Positions 13,501 through 25,500 of a stretch of 64,000 nt of DNA are shown here, in pieces. Position 1 is the stretch's first letter. Each line of letters starts with the position of its first letter. The stretch is from positions 22,603,575-22,667,574 of the forward strand of contig CM119266.1 in the NCBI GenBank assembly GCA_051294375.1. Direction: 5' to 3'. The DNA comes from Paraspadella gotoi (Eukaryota; Animalia; Chaetognatha). A program made the translations under genes and the position numbers. Under the pieces are notes generated by a model. It saw nothing but the letters and a program-made list of their open reading frames with translations, had not been told where the DNA came from and searched no databases.

Positions 13501-16500
13501 TGTAACACGGTGTTACAGCCTGATCCGAATCTCAGGGACTGCTTATATTGAACGCTTCTGTCTCTAACACATAACAATAATCACTGTCTCTTCAATGCGA
13601 TGATAACCAAATGATTGATGGGATGATAATCAAATGATTGATGCGATGATAGTCATTCACTGATGTGATTAGTCATTCATCGTAAATAAAACAAACAAAC
13701 GCGTGTATGAGTGAGAGAGAGAGAGAGACAAAAACAGAGAATGTACGAACTTTGTTTCAAAAAATAAAACATATTCTGACTAAATCTCAGAGCCGTAAAA
13801 TAAATTCACGAAAATCTCGGATGTAAATTTGGGATTTTGTATTGAGAAAAAAGCGCGGAATAAATGGCGATAATAAAAGTTTTTAGAAGGAAAAAAATAA
13901 TCAGAATTTTTCGAAAAACGCACGATCACGCAAGAGATCGTACAGAGAGAGACAGAAAGAGACAGAGAATTGAATTTGAATTTGAAAAACAAAAGTGCGA
14001 GCTTTAGGCTTGTACTTTAAACAGAGAGAAAGACACAGAGAGAGAGACACACAGAGAGAGAGACAGAGAGAGACACAGAGAGAGAGAGACAGAGAGAGAC
14101 AGAGACAGAGAGAGAGAGACAGAGAGAAAGCTGGACAGCCGCTTCAGAGCTGAACTCGTTTTTAGACGAATCAGAATAGGGTCGAACTCCTTTCCTTTCT
14201 AAAAATAAATATTAAAAATCTTAAAAGCATAAGAATCGTCGCAATTGTATAAAAAAATTATGGACCCATGACAAACTTTGACACTTAAAAAATCAAATTT
14301 GATAAAGCAAAACTATGTTTTATATATAAATCAATTAAAAAAGAGAGAAAGAAAGAGAGAGAGAGAAAGAGAGAGAGAGAAAGAAAGAGAGAGAGAGAGA
14401 GAGAAGCCAAATCGTTTTCGGACGAATCAGCAGCGGCGGCAGCAGAGGCAGCTGAAAAAAAAAAGAAATCAAAACGCAGCAGCAGAAGAAGCAGGAGAAA
14501 AGAGAGAAAAAGAAAAAGCCCCTGCAGAGCCAGCTGCAGACTCGTTTTTTTTCCCTATGAATCAGCCTGGGGAAAAGAGAGAGAGAGAGCTACATAAAAG
14601 TAAAAGAGAAAAGAGAGAGAGAAGGAGACATAAAAATAAAAATAGAGGAAATTTGTTTGATATGATATCACACTTTCAATAGCCATGATTGCAAAAAAGC
14701 GTGACGCCGACGACGACGACGACACAAAGAAGCTAAAGCGAATTATTATAGAGACAGGACGGGCTTCACCCGGTCTGTCTCGATAAAAACATATTTCATC
14801 ACATTTATTCTGTACCGAGAATCTGAACAGCCATTCGAAAGTGATGAAATTCCATGGAGGATTCCGAATGCAAAAGCCCAATCGTGCTCACTTGTTCGAT
14901 CATAAATCTATTGGTCCTTCCTCTATGGTCAATGTCGTGGCAAATTCCCGCAATGAACAGACCCAACGATTCTAAGACTGTGAATTGATGCTGACAACTA
15001 TGTAGAATCGAAAATATTTTCTGGAAAAAGTTTTCATTTTACGGTAACAATGTTTAAAAAACAATAATAGAAAATACTTGTCACCCACCTGACAAACTTC
15101 GAAAGCGTGATGAAAATTATGATATGGTAATGTGCTTCTATAGTTTTTGTAAACCACGAGAAAAAATGTTTTCAACTTCTCAATGCTGTACGAGGTCAAA
15201 TTAAAAAGTCGTTCATACATTTGTACAGCATTGTGGACCTTCTCGAGGGCCGGCTCATGCCACCCAAAATATTCAAGCGTTTCAAGTTCTGGATTCCAAG
15301 GCTTTGTCTGAAAGACGAAAACATCATTCCGTTCAAATGACGTTCAATAAAAAAATTAAATAAATATTATTCATAATGTTTAACTTCGATTTTAGTTTTT
15401 CTACAAATGCATACGTACCATGATGGAAAAAAAAATTGTCGCGGTTTCTTTCCAGCCATTTTTCGGCATTTTAATGTAAGAATCAAAAAATAAAATTTAA
15501 ATATTGGCTTTTTGTAATTCATATTAGCTTTACACGGTAGGGCAGAGAGGATGTGAAAGAAACAAAAAAAGTGCCATCTCTGAAACCTATAAATTCTTAA
15601 AGTATACCCATGAGACACTTAATGTGGTAGGTCAGTAAAATTCGATAAAGGCAGGTTTTTTTTTAAATGCTCATTAAAGTTTTTTTATTTTTTTATAAAA
15701 ATTTTTAAGTAGTTTAGTGAATATACTTACAATTTAAATGTCTATATGTCTATCATTATCTACAAAGCATAAGCTTTAATTTGAAACCACTTCCAACTTT
15801 CTATTACTTTTTGCTATTGAAATATAGTAAAAATTAAATATTTTTTTTTTAAAGATTAATCAATTAGTACTATTGAACAGATTATTTCTTAAAAATAAAA
15901 ATATAAATATGTTCTTAAAATACAGTTCTACTTATTAGGCTTTCAAAATAAGTTTTTTTTAATTAATAATAATTTTAATATAAAAATTTTAAAAATGAAA
16001 AAAATATTTTGAAAAATATTAATATATACTCTAATTAAGTATTAAAAGTTAAAGCATTATGTTTGTTAATATTTTTACACATTTGTTCTATTAATAATAT
16101 ATATCAAATATTGAGTGAGTTATTATTATAATATATTTATGAATTAAAATTTTTTTTGATAAGTAATAAATTATATAATTACTTTTTTAAAGCTGGATAT
16201 GATTTTGAATTAAAGTGCTCAACTAATATTTATCTGTTATTTTATTTGAGATTAAGTTTTAATTAAATATCACATATTTTTCTTAAAAAAATAAATTAAT
16301 TAATTCGCAATTTGGCGATTTCGCACTGAACTACATCTAGCGTTCTAGTTATGGCGATTTCGCCTAAACTAAACTCAGATTAGGGTTAGGGTTAGGGTTG
16401 AGTTTGGTTTAGGGTTAGGGTTGAGTGGTAGTAGTAGGGTTAGGGTTGAGTAGTTTAGGGTTAGGGTAAGTAGTTTAGGGTTAGGGTTAGGGTTAGGGTT

Positions 16501-19500
16501 GAGTTAAGTTAAGTTTATTTTTGGCTTATTATTAATGTCAATTTTAGGGATAGGGGTAGGGAGGGTGTTGTTGATGACCAAGAGGCCCGCGTTAGGGTTT
16601 AGCTTAGGGAAGGTACTGGCGAGGGACATTAGGGATTAGGTTGAGGCACGGAGATGTACGGGAGGCCTGGGCCCGGTTTAGGGTTAGGGTTGGGAGAGAG
16701 GCCGTGGCTTATATATCAAAGGCGATTAGGTTAGGGTTGAGGTAGGAGATGTACGGGAGGCCGGGCCTGGGTTAGGGTTAGGGGAGAGGCATGGAGTTGA
16801 ACGGGAGGTTGGTTTAGGGTTTAGGGTTGGGACCCATGGTTGATGCATCAAAGGCGGTTAGGGTTAGGGTTGAGGTACGGAGATGTACGGGAGGCCGGGC
16901 CTGGGTTAGGGTTAGGGGAGAGCATGGAGTTGAACGGAGGGCTTGGTTTAGGGTTAGGGTTGGGGGAGGGACCCATGGTTGATGCATCGAAGGCGGTTAG
17001 GGTTAGGGTTGAGGCACGGAGATGTACGGGAGCCAGGCCTGGGTTAGGTTAGGGAAGAGGCATGGAGTTGAACGGGAGGCTTAGTTTAGGGTTAGGGTTG
17101 GGGGAGGGGCCGTGGTTTGATGCATCGAAGGCGGTTTAGGGTTAGGGTTGAGGCACGGAGTTGAACGGAAGGCTTTGGTTTAGGGTTAGGGTTGGGGAGG
17201 GGCCCGTGGTTGATGCAACAAAGGCGGTTAGGGTTAGGGTTGAGGCATGGAGATGTACGGGAGGCCCAGGCCGGGTTAGGGTTAGGGGAGAGGCACAGAG
17301 TTGAACAGGAGGTTTGGTTTAGGGTTAGGGTTGGAGAAGGAGCCTGTAGTGATGCTCATCCCCGTGTTAGCTGCGCTTTTCATTATATTCGCTACTTTTA
17401 TCACTGGCGAGGTCGCCAGTGGGGGGACTGGCGACATCGCCAAAGCCCTGGCGATATCGCCATGGCGAAGTCGACAACCAACTAGAACCTTCTTTTTTAT
17501 TTTTTTTATATTTACATTTTTTATTTATATTAATTTCCGGTTTTTTTTCTTATTTTTTTAGTTAAACCAATACTATTAAAAGTTCCTGCCTCAGTCTCAT
17601 GTCAAATGGTTATTGCATCATCTCTATTAAGATAGATTCAGGGATGAATCTTAATTCATATGTCAAAAAAAGCAAAATTATAAATATATTGATGCTGTAG
17701 ATGCTCCAGAATATTATTTTTAAAGTTTAAAGCATCAATAAAAGTTATAATGCTCCGGATAACCTTTCTGTAAGCAAAATTATTATTTTTATTTACCTTT
17801 TTATGTATTATCAGAATCAAATATCAAACATGACAAAAAAAAAATATAAAATTTTGTTAAGTGAAAGACAATGAATTATCACATTATGCAGCAACAACTG
17901 CCAAGTACTATTTTTTGCCCTAAATCTGATAAAAAATATTATGTCAGAGATATAATATTAATAATAATGTGAGTAATCCTCTTAATCAAAAGGAGGTGAA
18001 AACTGTTAGAGATAACCTCTTTTGGAAGTATTTGTATGCATTAAATAATTTTATGCTGTTAAAAAATAATCATTTTATTCAGGCCTATCAAAACCTATAT
18101 ATTATCCAAAAAATATTTTTGACAATAAATTAACTGACTTTTCCAAAACGCAACAATTTTTTTTCTATCATGGTAAAAATAAATAAACAATAAACAAAAA
18201 TCATTAAACTTACGTTTGAAATGATATTAAACTTTTCCCATTCTCTTTTATTTGGTTGAGTGTGCGAGGCGTGCATGTCCATAATAATCGTCCGCTTAAG
18301 CTCTGCTGAATTAAGACGGTCATACAAATCCCCATTATGCAATGCGAGTCCGCAGTAGCTGGCCAAATGTTTCATTGCAGCGACTTCTCGAGACGAAAAC
18401 AAGCAGTCCGAGGAGCTCACGACGGTGATCACTAAAGGGGTAAAAAATTGTTTGTTATAGAAAATATGTTATGTTATTACCTGCTCTACATCTCATATTA
18501 ATTATCTCAGTCTACTGTCCTTATTTATTCACCCCAGTTTAATAAATAAATAAGTATAATAATTGAATAAAAGACAGCCTTGTTTAATGTTAAGTGCCTG
18601 ACCCTCCTTTCTCTCACCACTGTAGAGCTCTCAGAAATATCATACATTTATGAAAGTTCCTGATACCTTCAAAGTTTTTTGTGCCAACTGTAGTGGAGAA
18701 AACGAATATCACAATAAAAAAATTTCTTGGATGCTCATAACATGGAGTTACAGCCTGCTTATATTGAACGGTTCTGTCACTAACTCAACAATAATTACTG
18801 TCTCTTCATATTGTGATATTCGTTTTCTCCACTAAATTTGGCACAAGAAATTTTGCAGGTATCAGGAACTTTCAAAAATGCATGGAATTTCTGGGAGCTC
18901 TACTCACCAGCGCACACGTTTTTTCCTGCTGGTTGATGGTGGATTAGAGTTGTGCTTGAGTGATCGGATGAATAAACTAAATAAATTAATAATTAATGAA
19001 ATATTAATTTTACCAATCATCTATCTTTTTTGTTTCATGTTCCTTAACTAACGATGAGATTCCTCATTTTTTTCCGTCATTTTCTCGCTTGTGAAGACGG
19101 GAACGCTGAGCAAGGACCTATAGGAACCAGTGGCTGCGCCAATACATGTAAATCACTTCCAAGGGCTTAAACTGAACTGTTACTGCGGCACTAATAATAT
19201 TTTGCTCCTTGCAAAAATATTTTATAAATCAAAATAATATTATTTTTGTTTCGATATATTATATAAGATTAAAATGCTTTGATAATACATAGAATAAGAA
19301 ATATAATAAAATAAAATAAAATATAAAAAATGTTTAATAAAAATATCAAAATAATATTTTAAAAAAATATAAAATAATAACAATTTTCAAAAAAATTACT
19401 ATTTTGTTGAAGATAAGGTCCAGATAAAGTTTATTTTGAATGTCCCTTTATCTTAAAAAAAGCTTCTTTCTTTGTAGGGCCCCCTAATAGAATAGGGACC

Positions 19501-22500
19501 CTATTAGGGTAAAAACATAAAAAAAAAAAATTTAATAGAAAAAAAAAAGATTTAAACCTCTGGTAGATATGTGGCGTTCGTCACAAATCGCCACGCGCAA
19601 CTGTGCCTCACTAATTAATATCAAGGATAAAAGCTGTTTCTAGAACAAAAACTTGTATTTGTTCAATATTAAAATCAGACCTTAATAAAATAATCAAACC
19701 ATATAGATATTCAGATAAACAGAAAATCTATATGCTCAAACAAACAAAAGCAATAGCAGTAATAACATCTGACACATAATTATTGAGACAAAAGATTGAA
19801 TGTGTTAAAGTTTATAACATTTTATTGTAAATATAAATACAAAATATATTTTTTTAATACTAATAACGTTAACTAAATACAGACGAACAAGTTGAACCAA
19901 AAAAAGTCACGATTTTATAGTGAAATGTGGCGTAGGGACCTCCCGCCAGCTTTCTCGTAGAAAACCCAACTTTATTTTCTATTCCTTTCATGATGGTGCG
20001 CGACTGTCTTGCCGTGAGTTTTCTTGGCCGCCCTGCGCATTTTTTGTGCTTGAGAGTATCTCCAGACTTTACTCTTTGTATTACGCGATAAATAGATGGA
20101 CAGCTAACATTTAGCTTCAAAAATACTGTAAAGTAAACGCTGCTCCTTCTTGTTCATGATTTTGGTAGAATTGGGCAATGACTTGACGGCGCGCTTCAGA
20201 GGAAATTTACTGCATCTTAAAAACGCGCGGGCCGATAAAAAAAAAATTCACAGTTTGGTAGACAAACGATCAAGGCTTCATTTAAAAAAAAAGATTTTTA
20301 CGGCGTTCTAGACGCCGACTACAGGTCCCGGAAGCCGTCTCAATAATTATGTGTCAGATGTTAATATTAATCAATAACATTAAAATAAAAATAAACCTTA
20401 ATACTGTGACAGTAAACATTTAACATGGTAGAAGAATTCCTTTGTGAAAGGAGAAGGAAATAAAAGTCATAACAATGTGAATGGTTATGATGTTCATTTG
20501 TCTTGACATGATTATACTATCATGTTAAAAATAGTTAATATAATTGGAATATTTAAAGTAAGGTATTGAGATGGTGAAAGTGATTAGTCCCGGGATCGAA
20601 TCCCGGAGATGACTCTTTTATTTGATTTTGATAAATCGTTTATAATGTAACATATGTTAAATAAAAGTTGAACTTATTTAAAATGTTAGTTGGCGATTCA
20701 CGATGCTTCTTCAGCTGTGAAGGCGAGAAGCCTAGATCAAATCCTACATCCCCCCCAGACGAGGAACCCGGAGGTGACGAGGATAAGGTTTCTTGATGGT
20801 TAGGCTCAATATCGTCGTTTTGCTGGAGGATGATGTGACTCAAGACCGCGCCATAATCTGGGCGTGTCGCGGCGTTGGCGCTGGGGCGACAGCAGGCATC
20901 TGATGGCTTTGACCTCGGGTATGGGAGAAGGCCGAAACAACGACCTTGTCATGGAGTTGGCGTCACGGAACGGGGCGTTGGCTGACGTAGTGGCCAGGAG
21001 GCGGGAGACGTTGGCGTCGCAGTGGGTGCGGCTGGAAATGGCTCATTTGGGTCGTCGTCGTTATTTTGTTAGTTTGTTTCTGCGCGTGTTTGAGTTGGCA
21101 GAGGAAGGCGACGACACCGACGCTTTCTCGACTCGACGCGACGAGGCGGTGGTGGTGGCAGCGGCGGCGCTCGCCGTCCAGCATCCTCTTCTGCCAAATC
21201 ATCGCTGACTTTAGCAGGTTTTACTAGAGATATAGCGATGGTCTCGATGTCACTGCCAAAGATGTCGACTTTGAAATTAAAATTGTCTCGTGACGTCACC
21301 CGGAAAGGGCCTTCGTAGGGAGCGGTGAGTGGCGGACTAATGCCGCCGCGCCGGATGAAAACATGACTGGACGTGGCGAGGCTGTCCGGGAGATGTACTT
21401 GAGGTACTCGATGGCTGCTGGTCGGTGCCGGTTGAAGTCGTTCTACTTCAAGTCGGAGCTCGTCTCTGAGGCATTGACGAGCTGCTCGTTCTTCCTCTTT
21501 GGATTGACTTGGGCCAATAACGTTTCCGGGCACTGCGAGGCCGTCTCCGTAGACTAATTGCGCTGGAGAGGCTTCAACAGCTGGCTTGATAGTGGTGTGG
21601 ATGGCTAGCAGCGCCAAAGGGAGCCGCCAATACCAATCATTCAGATTGTCTGATGAGCAACTTCTTCAGGCGGCAGTGGAAGCGTTCGACCAGTCTGCTT
21701 GCCTCCGGATGGTAAGCTGCTGTCAAACAAAGTTAGCATCCCCACGTCTGGGTGAGCTGCCTCCAGATCTTTGACGAAAACTGGGAACCGCAATCCGTCG
21801 TGATTTCTGAGGGGATGCCGAATGATGCAACCCAGTGATGTGCGAAATTGTCAGCGACGGTGGTTGCAGTGATGTCCTTTATCGGCACCGCCATCGGCTA
21901 TCTTGTGAACCTGTCGATGGCGGTGAGCAGGTAGAAAAAACTGTTTGACGAAGGCATTTTGACTAAGTCTACGTGGACATGCTGGAAGTGGCGCGAAGGG
22001 ACGACGAACTCGCTGATTTCTGAAATAATGTGGTGCGTCGCGTTGGCAAGCAACGCATTCACGCGCCCAACGCATCATGTCCACACGCAGCAATGGCCAA
22101 GCAAATTTCTCGGCTACGGCGTCTCGAGTTTGCGCGACACCCAAGTGGCCGAGCTCGTGGATTATCTCAAAAACTTAGCGACACCATGTCTCTGGAACGA
22201 AGGGTCTCGGTGGACCGTTTGAAAGATCGACCACAATGGTTTTGTTGCCAAGTTTGATTTGACGAAAATGTAGTCCGGTGGCTGAGTCCTAAGAAAAAAC
22301 TGTTTGACGAAGGCATTTTGACTAAGTCTACGTGGACATGCTGGAAGCGGCGCGAAGGGACGACGAACTTGCTGATTTCTGAAATAATGTGGTGCGTCAC
22401 CTTGGCGCGTTGGCAAGCGACGCATTCACGCCATGTCTCTGGAACGAAGGGTCTCGGTGGACCGTTTGAAAGATCAACCACAATGGTTTTGTTGCCAAGT

Positions 22501-25500
22501 TTGATTTGACGAAAATGTAGTCCGGTGGCTGAGTCCTAGAGAAGTCGACGAAGGTCTCGATCTAAAGACTGTTGTCATGCCAATTCGCGAAGGTCGATGC
22601 CTTGGTGTTGCACAGCAGCTACGACGAGGGCTTTTTGGCGCTTGGAGGCTTACTTGAAATGTTGTAACCTTGGTTCGGGCATGAGAGGGCATCAGCCACG
22701 ACGTTGGCCTTCCCCTCGATGTGGCGAATGTCCGTCGTATATTCCGCGATTGCAGAAAGCTGGAACATGTCTTCTTGTGAAGCGCATGAATTAAACTCAT
22801 GTTATCGTCCGGAATTGGCTGCCATTCGATTTGATTCAATAGCCTTTACCGTCCGTTGCACACAAGGTCCCGAACTTCGGATCGGGCTGTAGTCCGACAC
22901 TACAGGTGGGTTAGACGCCCCGTCCCGCTTTTACTTGTGTGAATCAGCAGGGCGCGAACCCGAGTCCTTTGGGTTGGGAGGAGCTCGTGCTACCTCCGGC
23001 GCCATAGGTGCTGCTGATTCTCGGACGAGTAGTGGGGTATGAAATACTACCACTACATGATGGACCTAAAGGCTATTGAATCAAATCGAATGGCAGCCAA
23101 TTCCATTGGGCATCACTCAATTTGGCGGAAAAGAAAGCTAGCGGTTCCCAACCCTGCGGGCCTTGTTGCTCCAGGACCGCTCCTATGGCATGGTCAGATG
23201 CGTCGGTTGTCAATGAAAGAGCAGCGCCAGTTTTTGGATGTTGAAGGAGGACCGCATTCGTCAAGGGTTCCTTGACGGCGTCGATACCATGTTGGCATGC
23301 CGATGACCAATCGAGGCGGCGCGGTTTGCCTTTGAGGGCATCGTACAGTGGCATCGTGTGATGTGCCACTCTTGGAATGAATCCCCTATAGTAGTAGGGT
23401 AGCAGTCTTGTCAGACACCTCTCAGGCCTGAAGAACCAGAGTGATGTCTTGGCCCAGGGTTCCTGGGGTGGTATATTCATACCGCCTCACGTCCATCATT
23501 GTTCAGTCATCAATCTCAATGGCTCATGGGGGGAACACGCCATCCCAGGTGTGTTCCATTCCCAGTCCTAACAACTTTCCTCTGCTTTGGCAAGCGAGAC
23601 TGTCAGGACTGGAGGCGTCACTGAGGGTTGGAAGCCCCCTAAGTTAACAGTTAGATGTCCCTTCCCAATGGGCATCACAGGCGACCCGGCTGTTGCCATA
23701 TTAGCTCCGTAACCTTGGATCTGACTGTTAGTCAGCCACTCATGTGCGTAAGACAGATTTTCCTTCCGTCGTCATACGGTTTGGGAGAGTGAATGTTTTT
23801 CTAAAGACTTAATTTGAATTCCTTAAATACTCTTACCTTATTTTCAAATCCGGCTTTAAGTTATCGATACTCTCGTTGTAATACTTTGAATTCTCAACGT
23901 CACAAACATTGTATGTTTTTCCTTAAAAAAAAGGAATGACAAAAATTGGTTGGTTTTAACAGCGGCAGAGATCAACCGTACGAGGCGCTTGGCATCGCAC
24001 TTGTTAACGTTAAGAGATTCAGAACCTTATATGTTCCCTCCTATCACAGCTGCGGTAAAATTCATCGCATCAGGCGGGTTTGAGCCCAGAATGCGAGGGT
24101 TGTATTCTACAATCAGATTTAAGTCTCTACAATAGGCTACTCAAATTAATCATTATAATGAATATGTTTGGTCATGATTTGGTTTACTCTGTACTCTGCA
24201 GTAATATAAAAAACAATTCCTTTGAACACCCAGCACCGTTAAAACTTTTATCATCTTAAATCTTGAAATGTAACTAAACTTACTCTCGAGCTGTGATTTG
24301 ATTGACATAGTTTTATTACGTTAACTTTATAAGAATATCTGCTGACCAGTAAACGCTGCTCTTCCCGAGATTCCTGTTTCTAATGGCCATATTCGACTTG
24401 TATCATCATCTTCGACTTCAAAGGCCATTCTATTAAAAAAATGTTTAAATTAAAAGAAATCTTTAGCCAAAGCTACTGATAAAAGAGGGTGTGACCATTG
24501 ACCAATTCCTGCTGTGTGTGTGGCCAGGGGTGGCGAAAGAAATGGCGGGCCCCTCCACTGGCCCCCTGTGCTCTAGAGTGGAGCACTCAAGAAAAAAAAT
24601 TATTTGAGTGAATAAACAAGGATATTTAAACGTGAGAAAGTATGATTAACTAGTACAAAAATATTTTGTTCATGGTCTTGAGAACAGAATAGTAAAATAG
24701 AATATATTTGTATTCAATCTTTTTTTTTGTAAGTTTAAGGAGTATAACGAAAAATCTGTCTGAACAACAATTTATTATTTTTTATTCTCTGTAGTAAAAA
24801 CCTATATATGTTAAAATGTTTTAATCGTTTTTTGTGGTCTAAACATTAAAATTGCATATAACATATTCTATAAAAAATATTAATTTTTTTATGGCGAATC
24901 AAACTCTGTTCTCAAAAATAAAAATAAAAAATATTTTAAAATTTTATGATTTTATAAGGATATTACTACAAGAATAATTCAATTCACTATACTGTTATGC
25001 TTAAAAAATTTTTTAAAGGATTTAAAATTCATGGGCAGAAAAAAAATAATGTTCTATCGCTCAATCTTTTCATCACTCCACCCTAATGTGCGCCCTCCCA
25101 GTCTCCATAATTTTAGTTTTGTTTTTGATTACCAACTTTCTACCTTGAAAATTGCTACAGTGCTCTGGTGTTTTACTGAAACTTTTTTTTTATCACAATC
25201 ATTGTGCCTCTCTTCTAATCTGAGCAAAGGGTCTAAATTTAATAAACCTTCTGACAATGAGATTTAGCACTTATTTTTTACAATGAGATGAAATAAAGAT
25301 AGGGTTATATATCACAATCATAATCATTTTGCTGTGACGGTATATTCATACTGCCTCACACCCAGCATTGTTCAGCCAATCCCATTGGCTCAGAGGGGGA
25401 ACGCACCATCCCAGGTATGCCCTCACAACTCGCGCTCTCTCTCCCACTATGGTAACAGTCTTGTCAGACACCTCTTAGGCCTAGAGAACCTGAGTGATGT

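Larger units (their letters stand above)
20646..23395 (-). mobile_element. Decayed Ty3/gypsy LTR retrotransposon, 3' portion (RT-connection, RNase H, integrase, GPY/F, PPT, 3' LTR)
   Basis: YYRGFIP..., LTTDASDHAIGAVLEQ..WEPLAFFSAKLS, EGKANVVADALS, integrase WARECVACQR..FQHVHVDL, PLTAPYEGPFRV. PPT ggggggga followed by a short LTR TGTAGG...GTTACA (20748-20646). Frameshifted, with an internal tandem duplication at 21935-22540. Confidence 0.9.

Noticed and set aside
16380-16500. True telomere or chromosome-fusion site
   Set aside because: Short, degenerate, single orientation, intronic, and inside a TIR-bounded repeat.
19558-19610. Candidate PDE exon (SEAQLRVAICDERH)
   Set aside because: Exon 19117-19053 fits both the phase and the GAF motif better.
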